Positions 27,718 to 36,284 of a stretch of DNA of 56,652 bases are shown piece by piece. The DNA comes from an uncultured Candidatus Bathyarchaeia archaeon (GTDB lineage Archaea; Thermoproteota; Bathyarchaeia; Bathyarchaeales; Bathycorpusculaceae). How positions within the stretch are numbered: position 1 is the stretch's first letter; each line of letters starts with the position of its first letter. A program made the translations under genes and the position numbers. The stretch covers positions 1-56,652 of the forward strand of contig CAZWPI010000001.1 of assembly GCA_964636055.1 (NCBI GenBank), in the 5' to 3' direction. The notes under the pieces were generated by a model, which was not told the origin of the DNA, searched no databases, and saw only the letters and a program-made list of their open reading frames with translations.

Positions 27718-28574
27718 TGTCCATCGTAAAACGATTCATAACCGAATCCATCAAAAAAACAGAAATCGACGAATTTCTGCAAAAAAAACTTGAACGCGCT
27801 GGCTATGGTGGAGTTGACATCTCCAAGACGCCCTTGGGAACGCACGTGGTAATTTACGCCATGCGACCTGGCATAGTTATAGGACGTGGCGGAGAAACAA
27901 TAAAAGACCTCGCCACCACTTTAGAAGAAAACTTTAAGGTTTCAAACCCCCAAATTTCTGTTTCAGAAATCGAGGTCCCTGAATTTAACGCTTTTGTTGT
28001 TGCATCCCGCATCGCTTCTGCCCTACAAAGAGGCGTTCACTTCAGACGCGCTGGTTTTTGGGCTCTGAACCAAGTTATGGATGCAGGAGCGTTAGGCGCA
28101 GAAATCGTGATAAGCGGCAAGCTGCGAACCGAAAGGGCACGTTTCGAAAAGTTCCGAGCAGGCTACTTCCCAAGATGTGGCGATGCCGCATTGAGGTATA
28201 TGAAAAAAGCCGAAGCTCACGTTCAACTCAAACCAGGCATAATCGGTGTGAGAGTTAAGATAATGCCTCCAGATGCACAGTTTCCAGACAAAATCCAAAT
28301 CACCGAGGAACTGCCGCCTGAGGAAATTGAGGAAAAAGTAGCAGAAAAAGAGGAAAAAATAGAGGAAACTTCAAAGCAAAAAGTGAAGGTGGCAGAACTG
28401 CCTGAAGAGCCAACTGAAGCAACTGAAGAAAAGACAGAAGCAGCGGAAGAAGAAGCTGAAACCTCAGAGTCATTAGAAGAGGAAATAGCTGAAGAGACAA
28501 CCGACGAACAGGCTGAAGAAACACTGGCAGAAAACGTGAAAGAACCAGCCGAAGAAAAGGAGGTAAAAGAGTAA
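27717..28574 (+). CDS. rps3: 30S ribosomal protein uS3 with ~85-aa acidic C-terminal tail
   Basis: KH-domain region IVIGRGGETIKDL; GAEIVISGKL; E-rich tail. Confidence 0.93.
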   Translation: MSIVKRFITESIKKTEIDEFLQKKLERAGYGGVDISKTPLGTHVVIYAMRPGIVIGRGGETIKDLATTLEENFKVSNPQISVSEIEVPEFNAFVVASRIASALQRGVHFRRAGFWALNQVMDAGALGAEIVISGKLRTERARFEKFRAGYFPRCGDAALRYMKKAEAHVQLKPGIIGVRVKIMPPDAQFPDKIQITEELPPEEIEEKVAEKEEKIEETSKQKVKVAELPEEPTEATEEKTEAAEEEAETSESLEEEIAEETTDEQAEETLAENVKEPAEEKEVKE

Positions 28575-28838
28575 GTGCCAATCCTTCGACTGAAAGACAT
28601 CAAAGCCATGTCTGCTGAAGAACGCACTAAGCAGCTCTCTGACCTCAGGGTTGAGATGGCTAGGCTGAAAACCATGGTCCGAGCAGGTGGTGCCGTTGAA
28701 AACCCTGCCCGAATAAGAGAACTGCGCAAGACAATCGCCCAGATTCTTACAATAGAGCATGAAGACAAACTGGGGCTTAGAAAAACGGAAGAAAAACCCG
28801 CAAAAAGAAGAGCCAAAAAGGAGAAGAAAACCAAGTGA
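28575..28838 (+). CDS. rpl29: 50S ribosomal protein uL29
   Basis: GTG start; LRLKDIKAMSAEERTKQLSDLRVEMARLK. Confidence 0.9.
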   Translation: MPILRLKDIKAMSAEERTKQLSDLRVEMARLKTMVRAGGAVENPARIRELRKTIAQILTIEHEDKLGLRKTEEKPAKRRAKKEKKTK

Positions 28839-29116
28839 AAGTAACCTCAGACATCATACGTCACGAATTCATCGGAACCGAAGGAAAAATCGCCAAAAGC
28901 CCGCATCCAAGTTACGTTGGAATACACGGCGAAGTAATTGACGAAACAAAAAACACTTTCACAATCCTGCACAAAGGGAAGGCGAAAAGTGTGATAAAAA
29001 ACTCGGCAGTTTTCAACTTCAAGTTTCCCGACGGAACCATCATCGAAATAGACGGCAAACTCTTAGTTGGAAGACCTGAAGACCGTCTCAAAAAAACCGT
29101 GAAGAGGTTATGGTAA
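28835..29116 (+). CDS. rnp1: RNase P protein component 1 (Rpp29/Pop4)
   Basis: EFIGTEGKIAKSPHPSYVGIHGEVIDETKNTF...GRPEDRL; canonical position between L29 and S17. Confidence 0.85.
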   Translation: MKVTSDIIRHEFIGTEGKIAKSPHPSYVGIHGEVIDETKNTFTILHKGKAKSVIKNSAVFNFKFPDGTIIEIDGKLLVGRPEDRLKKTVKRLW

Positions 29117-29433
29117 TGTCTCTAACTTTTAAGAAACCCAAGAAATCCTGCGACGACAGGAACTGCCCGTTCCATGGAACGCTGTCTGTTAGAGGTCGCG
29201 TTTTAGACGGCGTCGTTGTCACCGCGAAAATGGACAAAACAGTTGTTGTGGAACGTGAGTACCTTCAGTTCTCACCTAAATTCGTGAGGTATGAACGAAG
29301 GCGAGGTCACATTCCATCCCACAATCCGCCGTGCATCGACGCAAAAGAAGGCGATCGAGTAAGAATCGCGGAATGCCGTCCTATAAGCAAGACAGTAGCT
29401 TTCGTTGTTGTGGAGAAACTGGAGGCGAAGTAA
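29110..29433 (+). CDS. rps17: 30S ribosomal protein uS17
   Basis: [30 protein letters not shown]. Confidence 0.92.
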   Translation: MVMSLTFKKPKKSCDDRNCPFHGTLSVRGRVLDGVVVTAKMDKTVVVEREYLQFSPKFVRYERRRGHIPSHNPPCIDAKEGDRVRIAECRPISKTVAFVVVEKLEAK

Positions 29434-29434
29434 C

Positions 29435-29875
29435 GTGGCGGCGAAAGCAAAACAACGTGCACTCATCGCAAAAGGCATGCTTTCTCACGGACAAAAAGTT
29501 ACGAGAGGACTTTTAGCTGGCTCGGCTCTAAGATGTACTGACAACACTGGAGCGCGTGTACTGCGCTTAATCCAAGTCATGGGCTATAAAGGCCGATTAA
29601 GGCGCTATCCTTCTGCTACAGTGGGCGACAAGGTGACTGTTTCGGTTAGGCAGGGGTCACCAGACATGCGAAAGAAGATTTTCCAAGCGGTTATTGTAAG
29701 ACAGAGGAAGCCTTACAAGAGGATTGATGGCGTTTGGGTTCAGTTTGAAGATAACGCCGCGGTGATAATCACTCCTGATGGTGAAATGAAAGGCTCGGAA
29801 ATTCGCGGTCCTGTGGCAAGGGAGGCTGCTGAAAGATGGCCAAGAATAGCAAGTGCCTCAAGCATAATAGTGTAG
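29435..29875 (+). CDS. rpl14: 50S ribosomal protein uL14
   Basis: [16 protein letters not shown]...FEDNAAVI; GTG 29435 follows the S17 stop; ATG 29477 is an alternative start. Confidence 0.9.
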   Translation: MAAKAKQRALIAKGMLSHGQKVTRGLLAGSALRCTDNTGARVLRLIQVMGYKGRLRRYPSATVGDKVTVSVRQGSPDMRKKIFQAVIVRQRKPYKRIDGVWVQFEDNAAVIITPDGEMKGSEIRGPVAREAAERWPRIASASSIIV

Positions 29876-29885
29876 GTGAAATTGT

Positions 29886-30596
29886 ATGCAAGCAACAAAA
29901 CCCGTAAAAGACCCGCGAAAACAGCGCAAACGGCTCTTTAATGCGCCTGCTCACTTGCGCCACAAGTTTATGGCGGCTCCTCTCGCGCCAGAACTGATCT
30001 CGTCAAGAGGTGTTAAGACTCTTCCAGTCCGGAAAGGCGACACCGTTCGTGTAATACGTGGAGACCACACGGGCTTCGAAGGAAAAGTCAGCCGGGTAGA
30101 CTTGAAGAGGTACCGCATATTCCTTGAGGGCTTAACACGTGAGAAGGTTGACGGAACAAACATATTCGTTTCAGTGCATCCGTCGAAGGTCTTGATAAAG
30201 AACCTGAAGCTTGACGACAAGTGGCGAAAAGCAGTTGTTGAAAGCAAGAAGGAACTGGCGGCACCCAAGAAAGAACCGGAAGCGGTGAAAGTAGCGGCGA
30301 AGCCCGCGAAGAAAGTGAAAGCTGTGAAAGCGAAAGAAGAAAAACCTGTTAAAAAACCGAAAGCCGCAGCCGTAGCAGAAGAGAAACTTCCAGAAAAGAA
30401 GGAGGTAGCTAAACCTAAAACAGTTAAGAAGAAGCCTGCTGCAAAAAAGAAAAAAGAAGAGAAACCAGTTGCGAAAAAGAAAGTGACACCTGTGGCTAAA
30501 AAGACGCCTCTTGAAAAAGAAAAGAAATCTAAGGCAGTGAAGAAAGCACCGACCAAGCGAAAGACCGCAGCTTCGAAAAAGGAAGGAGGAACGTAG
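29886..30596 (+). CDS. rpl24: 50S ribosomal protein uL24 with ~120-aa Lys/Ala/Pro-rich C-terminal tail
   Basis: KOW region LPVRKGDTVRVIRGDHTGFEGKV; tail of AKPAKKVKAVKAK type. Confidence 0.9.
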   Translation: MQATKPVKDPRKQRKRLFNAPAHLRHKFMAAPLAPELISSRGVKTLPVRKGDTVRVIRGDHTGFEGKVSRVDLKRYRIFLEGLTREKVDGTNIFVSVHPSKVLIKNLKLDDKWRKAVVESKKELAAPKKEPEAVKVAAKPAKKVKAVKAKEEKPVKKPKAAAVAEEKLPEKKEVAKPKTVKKKPAAKKKKEEKPVAKKKVTPVAKKTPLEKEKKSKAVKKAPTKRKTAASKKEGGT

Positions 30597-30598
30597 AT

Positions 30599-31366
30599 TT
30601 GGGCAAGAAAGGAAAAGTAGGAAGGTTGAAACGTAAGCCCGCTCCGAGGTTCTGGCCGATTCACAGAAAAGAAGCCGTTTGGATAGTTAGACCTTCATCT
30701 GGACCTCACTCCCTAGAGAAGTGTTTACCTCTTGCGCTTGTTCTCCGGGACATTCTCGAAGTGGCTGAGACGAGAAAAGAAGCCAAAAAGATAATTTCGC
30801 AGGGTAAAGTTTACGTTGACGGAAAAGTCAGGCGCAAAGACGATTTCCCTGTAGGCTTGATGGATGTTATTTCGATGCCTGAATTGAACAGGTTTTACAG
30901 GATACTGCCTTCACATAAAGGTCTATTTCTTAATCCAATCAGCAAAGAAGAAGCCAGTTTCAAACTGCTCAGAGTTGAAGGCAAAACCGTAGTCAAGAAC
31001 GGGACCTCGCAGATTGCTCTCCACGACGGATCAAACATGCTTGTGAAAGCGGAAGGCTCCGAAAGCCCGCCGGAAGTTGTTTACGAAACTTTTGACACGT
31101 TGAAACTTGGGCTTCCTGAAAAACAGGTGCTTGATCAACTGAAAACTAAGAAAGGCAACATCGCCGTTATAACTGGCGGCAAGAACATTGGAAAGCAGGG
31201 CAAGATAGTTGAGATTGAGAAAACTGAGGCGAAGAAACGTAGACACGCCCTGGTTGTTATCGAGGATGAAAAAGGTAATCGTTATCAAACAATTTTAGAC
31301 TTTGTCTTTTCAATAGGTGGAGCCAAATCCCTCATATCTTTGCCGGAGGCGACTGCTGTTGTCTGA
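30599..31366 (+). CDS. rps4e: 30S ribosomal protein eS4
   Basis: LKRKPAPRFWPIHRKE...CLPLALVLRD pattern. Confidence 0.92.
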   Translation: MGKKGKVGRLKRKPAPRFWPIHRKEAVWIVRPSSGPHSLEKCLPLALVLRDILEVAETRKEAKKIISQGKVYVDGKVRRKDDFPVGLMDVISMPELNRFYRILPSHKGLFLNPISKEEASFKLLRVEGKTVVKNGTSQIALHDGSNMLVKAEGSESPPEVVYETFDTLKLGLPEKQVLDQLKTKKGNIAVITGGKNIGKQGKIVEIEKTEAKKRRHALVVIEDEKGNRYQTILDFVFSIGGAKSLISLPEATAVV

Positions 31367-31373
31367 GGATGAG

Positions 31374-31898
31374 ATGGTTAAGAGGTGGGAGGAGCAGCCG
31401 ATGCTTAAGCCTAGAATTGAGAAGGTTGTCGTCAACCTTAACGTTGGGAAATCAGGTGAACCGCTGGAGAAAGCCTCTAAAGTGTTGAAAGAGTTGACAA
31501 ATCAGACGCCCGTTAAGAAGAAAGCCAAGAAAACAATAAGGGATTTTGGTCTAAGGAAAGGTGAGTCAATCGCGTGTGTGGTGACGCTGAGAAAACAGGC
31601 TGCGATTGATTTCCTTAAGAAGGTTCTGCCCGTGGTCGATAACCAAATTTCTCGCTCGTCTTTTGACAGACAAGGTAACTTTGCTTTCGGCATAAAAGAA
31701 CATATTGAAATAGCTGGTGTAAAGTACGACCCTGATGTGGGCATCTTCGGCATGGATGTCTGTGTCTCAGTTAATCGACCGGGTCACCGAGTGAAAACCA
31801 GAAGGAAACAGAAGACGCACATCGGTCATAAACACTTGTTAACGCCTGAAGAGTCGATTATTTTCGTTAAGCAAACTTTGGGAGTTGAAATCGTATAA
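31374..31898 (+). CDS. rpl5: 50S ribosomal protein uL5
   Basis: PRIEKVVVNLNVG...FAFGIKEHIEI; ATG 31374 preferred over track start. Confidence 0.9.
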   Translation: MVKRWEEQPMLKPRIEKVVVNLNVGKSGEPLEKASKVLKELTNQTPVKKKAKKTIRDFGLRKGESIACVVTLRKQAAIDFLKKVLPVVDNQISRSSFDRQGNFAFGIKEHIEIAGVKYDPDVGIFGMDVCVSVNRPGHRVKTRRKQKTHIGHKHLLTPEESIIFVKQTLGVEIV

Positions 31899-31914
31899 GG
31901 CAGGAGACGGATGA

Positions 31915-32079
31915 ATGGCTAAGCAGAAAATGAAGAAAGAAAGGAAGTATGGTAAAGGAGCAAGACCTTGCGTCAGATGCGGTTCTTATGGGCCCATTAT
32001 CCGACGTTACAATTTATATTTGTGCAGGCACTGTTTTAGGGAGGCAGCGCCAAAGCTTGGATTTAAAAAATATGAGTGA
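31915..32079 (+). CDS. rps14: 30S ribosomal protein uS14 (zinc type, 54 aa)
   Basis: hand translation [54 protein letters not shown]; below the track length cut-off. Confidence 0.9.
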   Translation: MAKQKMKKERKYGKGARPCVRCGSYGPIIRRYNLYLCRHCFREAAPKLGFKKYE

Positions 32080-32091
32080 TGAGGCAGCAAG

Positions 32092-32475
32092 ATGGATACA
32101 TTGACGAATGGGTTGATAACGGTCATAAATAACGAGATGCGCAACAAGCGTGAGTGCATAATTAGTCCTGCCTCTAAGCTTTTAGGTCGCGTGTTAAGAA
32201 TAATGCAGTTGAACGGTTACATCGGGGAGTTCGAATTTATTGATGATGGGCGCTCAGGCAAGTTTAAAGTGCAGCTTCTGGGCAGAATAAACAAGTGCGG
32301 CGCTATTAAACCTCGCTTCGCCGTAAAAGTCGGCGAGTTCGAGAACTGGGAGAAAAAGTTCCTGCCATCAAGAGACGTTGGATTAATGGTTGTCTCAACC
32401 TCGAAAGGCGTGATAGCCCACAGAGAAGCTGAAGAAAAGAACATGGGAGGAAGGCTGTTAGCTTTCGTTTACTAG
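32092..32475 (+). CDS. rps8: 30S ribosomal protein uS8
   Basis: DTLTNGLITVINNEMRNKRE...GYIGEFEFIDDGR. Confidence 0.92.
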   Translation: MDTLTNGLITVINNEMRNKRECIISPASKLLGRVLRIMQLNGYIGEFEFIDDGRSGKFKVQLLGRINKCGAIKPRFAVKVGEFENWEKKFLPSRDVGLMVVSTSKGVIAHREAEEKNMGGRLLAFVY

Positions 32476-32487
32476 CGAGGTGTTTTG

Positions 32488-33036
32488 ATGCGGCTGCCAG
32501 AAATCTCCAAGATCATTCAAGTTCCAGACGGCGTGGAAGTAAACGTAGAAAGACGAAAGGTCACAGTTAAAGGCGCCAAAGGAACTTTGACGCGTGACTT
32601 TTCTTATGTTCCAATATCAATTAACGCTAACGACGATAAAACAGTTCGAGTTTGGGCTGAGTGGCCTCGCAAGAAGGAAGCCTCTCTTGTAGGCACTATA
32701 CACTCACACATTCAAAACATGATTACTGGAGTTGAAAAGGGCTTTTCATACAAGCTTAAAATCGTGTTCTCGCACTTTCCGATTTCAGTCAAGGTTCAGG
32801 GCAAAACGGTTTTGATTGAAAACTTCACTGGCGAAAGGCGAGCGCGAAGAGTGAAGATAATCGGTGACGTTAAGGTTAAGGTTCAAAGTGAAGACATAAT
32901 TGTTGAAGGCATAAACTTGGAGGATGTAAGCCAAACCGCCGCGAACATCGAGCAAGGCACGAAAGTGAAGAAGAAGGACCCGCGCGTTTTCTTGGACGGC
33001 ATATACGTGTATGAAAGACAGGAAGGAATGGCGTGA
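32488..33036 (+). CDS. rpl6: 50S ribosomal protein uL6
   Basis: VKGAKGTLTRDF...HIQNMITGVEKGFSYKLKIV. Confidence 0.92.
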   Translation: MRLPEISKIIQVPDGVEVNVERRKVTVKGAKGTLTRDFSYVPISINANDDKTVRVWAEWPRKKEASLVGTIHSHIQNMITGVEKGFSYKLKIVFSHFPISVKVQGKTVLIENFTGERRARRVKIIGDVKVKVQSEDIIVEGINLEDVSQTAANIEQGTKVKKKDPRVFLDGIYVYERQEGMA

Positions 33037-33662
33037 TGTCAGAAAAAAAAGTATCCCTATCGCAAAAGGCGCTGAAAGCGAGAAAACGCGTCAAAAAGAA
33101 AAAACCAGCCTTCGTTAGGCCAGAAAGCTGGCGATACGTTAAATTGAAAGAAAGCTGGCGTAGACCCCGTGGATTAGACAACAAGATGCGTCGGAAGATT
33201 AAGGGGTGGCCGCCATCGGTCAGTGTTGGCTATAAGGGACCAAAAGGAGCTAGGGGGCTTCACCCGTCTGGATACAGAGAAGTTTTGGTGCATAACGCAA
33301 AAGAGGTATCTAGTGTTGATCCGAAATCTGAGGCTGCGCGAATAGCCCACACGGTTGGTAAGAGAAAGCGGGCGCAGATTATAGCTGAAGCTAAAAAACG
33401 CGAGGTCTTCGTTTTGAATTTTACACCAGTTCAAGAATTGGTCGAAAAAGAAGAGGAGAAACCAGCGGAAGAAGAGGAAAAACCTGAAAAGCCAGCCAAG
33501 GAAGAGAAGAAACCTGTCAAAGAAAAGGAGAAGCCGAAACGCAGATCTGCAGGTAAAACGAAGGCTTCCCAAAAGGAGCAAAAGGCACCAGCTAAAAAGA
33601 CTGAGAAGCCAAAAAGGGCACGCAAGAAAGCTAAGGCTGAGAAAGGAGCTGAAAAACAATGA
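33036..33662 (+). CDS. rpl32e: 50S ribosomal protein eL32 with ~75-aa K/E/P-rich tail
   Basis: SWRRPRGLDNKMRRKIKGWP...GLHPSGYREVLVHN. Confidence 0.9.
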   Translation: MSEKKVSLSQKALKARKRVKKKKPAFVRPESWRYVKLKESWRRPRGLDNKMRRKIKGWPPSVSVGYKGPKGARGLHPSGYREVLVHNAKEVSSVDPKSEAARIAHTVGKRKRAQIIAEAKKREVFVLNFTPVQELVEKEEEKPAEEEEKPEKPAKEEKKPVKEKEKPKRRSAGKTKASQKEQKAPAKKTEKPKRARKKAKAEKGAEKQ

Positions 33663-34114
33663 CCAATCTTAGTAGTCAAAGGCGTTTGGCGGCGCAAATA
33701 TTGAAAGTCGGTCAAAATCGGGTTTGGATTGATCCTGAAAGAATGGATGATGTTGAATCGGCTATAACCCGAGAAGAAGTTAAAAAGTTGATTCATGAAA
33801 AGGTCATTGCCTCTTTGCCTGAAAAAGGCGTAAGCAGGTCTCGAGCGAAGGTGGTTCGGAGAAAGAAGCGGGTGGGTCGGCGTAAAGGTGCTGGTAGCAG
33901 AACTGGGTCTGGATATGCGAAGATTTCTAAGAAAGAGGCGTGGATGAGCAAGATTCGTTCCTTGAGAAAAAGGCTTCGTGAGTTGAAGGCAAGCAGAATT
34001 GTTACGGAAACTACTTACAGAAAACTATATGCGATTGCTGGAAGCGGAAAATTCGAGTCAGTCGCAGAGTTGGAGCGTTACTTGAAAGCTCATGATCTTT
34101 GGAGGAAACGTTGA
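33659..34114 (+). CDS. rpl19e: 50S ribosomal protein eL19
   Basis: LSSQRRLAAQILKVGQNRVWIDPE. Confidence 0.92.
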   Translation: MTNLSSQRRLAAQILKVGQNRVWIDPERMDDVESAITREEVKKLIHEKVIASLPEKGVSRSRAKVVRRKKRVGRRKGAGSRTGSGYAKISKKEAWMSKIRSLRKRLRELKASRIVTETTYRKLYAIAGSGKFESVAELERYLKAHDLWRKR

Positions 34115-34719
34115 TGGCGCGGGGTTCCACTTATCGGGTTCCGCTTAGGCGGAGAAGAGAAGGAAAAACTGATTATCAAGCGCGGAAAGCTTTGGTGCTG
34201 TCTGGAACGCCGCGGCTTGTTACTCGTAGCACGGTTAAGAATGTTGTTGCCCAAATAATTGTTGCTAAGCCGCACGGTGACGAGGTTTTGGCTGCGGCGC
34301 ATAGCAGGGAGTTGAAGAAGTATGGGTGGAAGGCACCTACGGGGAATGTTCCAGCGGCATATCTTACGGGGCTGCTCTGTGGGTTGAAAGCCCAAACCAA
34401 GGGAGTTAAGGAGGCTATTTTGGATATAGGGTTGATTGCACCGACGAAAGGTGCTAAGGCTTTTGCCGCGTTGAGCGGGGTTTTAGATGCTGGAGTGGTT
34501 GTTCCTCATGATGAAGAGAAAATGGTTAAGGAACGCATAGAAGGGGCGCACATTGCCGAGTATGGGAAGAGTTTGGGAGTTGACTCTGAAATTTACTCTG
34601 CCAAGTTCTCAAAGTATTTGGAGCAGAAACTTTCTCCTGAGAAGCTTCCTGAACATTTTGCGAAGGTTAAGGCTGAAATTATTAAATCATTCGAGAAGAA
34701 GGGTGGAAAGAAAGCATGA
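34114..34719 (+). CDS. rpl18: 50S ribosomal protein uL18
   Basis: YRVPLRRRREGKTDYQARKALV; ATG 34114 overlaps the L19e stop. Confidence 0.9.
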   Translation: MARGSTYRVPLRRRREGKTDYQARKALVLSGTPRLVTRSTVKNVVAQIIVAKPHGDEVLAAAHSRELKKYGWKAPTGNVPAAYLTGLLCGLKAQTKGVKEAILDIGLIAPTKGAKAFAALSGVLDAGVVVPHDEEKMVKERIEGAHIAEYGKSLGVDSEIYSAKFSKYLEQKLSPEKLPEHFAKVKAEIIKSFEKKGGKKA

Positions 34720-35357
34720 GTCGTAATGACAGAGGAGCAGAACGTTTAGAGGAATGGGTTCCTAAAACGCGTCTAGGTAAAATGATTCAGGAAGGTAAGG
34801 TAACGTCTATTGAAGAAGTTTTCTTAAGCGGCTTGAAAATCTCTGAGCCTCAGATCGTTGACGCTTTGCTTCCCGACCTTCAGGAGGAGGTTATAAACGT
34901 GAATTTGGTTCAGAAGCAGACTGACGCGGGTGAAAAGTCACGGTTTAAGGCAATTGTGGCTGTGGGGAACAGGGACGGTTACATAGGCTTGGGTTCTGGA
35001 AAAGCCAGTCAGGTGCGAACTGCTATAGAGAAAGCGGCTGCAGCAGCGCGTTTGAACATTGTTCCTGTTAAGCGCGGATGCGGAAGTTGGGAGTGCGGTT
35101 GCGGAAAGCCCCACTCGGTGCCCTTCCAAGTTGAGGGAAAATGCGGCGGCGTGCGAGTGATTATTGTTCCGGGTCCAAGGGGCTTGGGGCTTGTGGCGAG
35201 TGAAGTGGCGAAGGTGATTTTGGGATTGGCTGGCGTGAAGGACTTGTGGGTTAGAAGCCGTGGTTCTACAAGAACCGTGCCGTCGTATGCGTACGCCATT
35301 TTTGATGGGTTAAAGAAGACTTATGGCTTAGTTACTCAAGCGGACTGGGTGAGGTAG
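34716..35357 (+). CDS. rps5: 30S ribosomal protein uS5
   Basis: FKAIVAVGNRDGYIGLGSGKA...VKRGCGSWECGCG. Confidence 0.92.
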   Translation: MSRNDRGAERLEEWVPKTRLGKMIQEGKVTSIEEVFLSGLKISEPQIVDALLPDLQEEVINVNLVQKQTDAGEKSRFKAIVAVGNRDGYIGLGSGKASQVRTAIEKAAAAARLNIVPVKRGCGSWECGCGKPHSVPFQVEGKCGGVRVIIVPGPRGLGLVASEVAKVILGLAGVKDLWVRSRGSTRTVPSYAYAIFDGLKKTYGLVTQADWVR

Positions 35358-35846
35358 TTGACTGGAAAAGCTGACGAACGCAAGTGTTTTGCCGTGGTTA
35401 AGGTTCGAGGGACAATCAGCGCTCAGCGTGAAGCCAGAGAAACCCTCGAAATGCTCCGCTTAGCCAGAACTAACAATGCGGTGATCGTTGACAATCGTCC
35501 CTCGTTCATAGGTATGCTGTACCGCGTGCAGAACTACGTCACATGGGGCGAAGTCTCAAAAGAGACCGTGGCATTGCTCCTGAAAGAACGGGGAAGGCTT
35601 GCCGGCGGCAAAAAATTGACGGACGAATCCGCGGAGAAACTGGGTTACAAGTCGCTAGACGCGCTCGCCGACGCGATAGCAAGCTGCAAGGTGGAGTACC
35701 AGAAACTGCCGAACGTGCAGCCTATTTTCAAGTTGCACCCTCCAAGCAAGGGCTTCAAGGGAAAAACCAAGAAGAGCTATGCTGCAGGGGGCGAAGCAGG
35801 CTATCGAGGCGAAGCCATAAACGACCTCATAAAACGCATGGCTTAG
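35358..35846 (+). CDS. rpl30: 50S ribosomal protein uL30
   Basis: FAVVKVRGTISAQREARETLEMLRL; TTG start directly after the S5 stop. Confidence 0.88.
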   Translation: MTGKADERKCFAVVKVRGTISAQREARETLEMLRLARTNNAVIVDNRPSFIGMLYRVQNYVTWGEVSKETVALLLKERGRLAGGKKLTDESAEKLGYKSLDALADAIASCKVEYQKLPNVQPIFKLHPPSKGFKGKTKKSYAAGGEAGYRGEAINDLIKRMA

Positions 35847-36066
35847 CCTTCTTGCCGTTTGCAGCGGTGCTTTCGGCGCCCAAGAGTCATTGGTTGCATC
35901 AGCAGGTGATACTTTACTCATACTTATCCCAAATGTGCTAGGCTGTTTCTGCTGTAAAAGGGTTTTTGTCAAGGTTTCTTGGCAAACCGCCTATTTGGAG
36001 CCTAATAACAATTCTATGCAGAAACGATAGAGGGGAAAGGGTCTATCCGCGCTTGATGTTGCCACC

Positions 36067-36098
36067 TTTATAAAAGGGAGGGGGTCTAGTCTCCGAGC
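36067..36098 (+). repeat. partial twin-box element (box 1 + CCGAGC) upstream of acs
   Basis: CTTTATAAAAGGGAGGGGGTCTAGTCTCCGAGC resembles 26909..26940; weaker G-run box at 36026..36047. Confidence 0.6.
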
Positions 36099-36284
36099 AC
36101 ATCAGAGCCGTAAAGCCAAACAAACAACCTATGCAACATCCACGCCGAAAAAAGATGCTGCCCCTTTGTCCCCTAAGCTAAAAAACGGCTCTTTTCCTTT
36201 TTTATTCTCTGGTAAATGGCTGAAAAACTTTATATTGTCTGGATTAAATTCTTCCCCCGAACAAGAATTATGGAATGAAAAGAA

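Noticed and set aside
28223-28834. Long antisense or overlapping ORFs at 28223..28834, 28300..28581, 29951..30664, 33174..33796, 8934..9755, 27237..27611 and 36941..37582
   Set aside because: They lie opposite or out of frame to well-supported genes. They translate to low-complexity S/F/L or R/P/K strings produced by the charged-tail repeats or by the A+C/G+T skew, so they are compositional artefacts.
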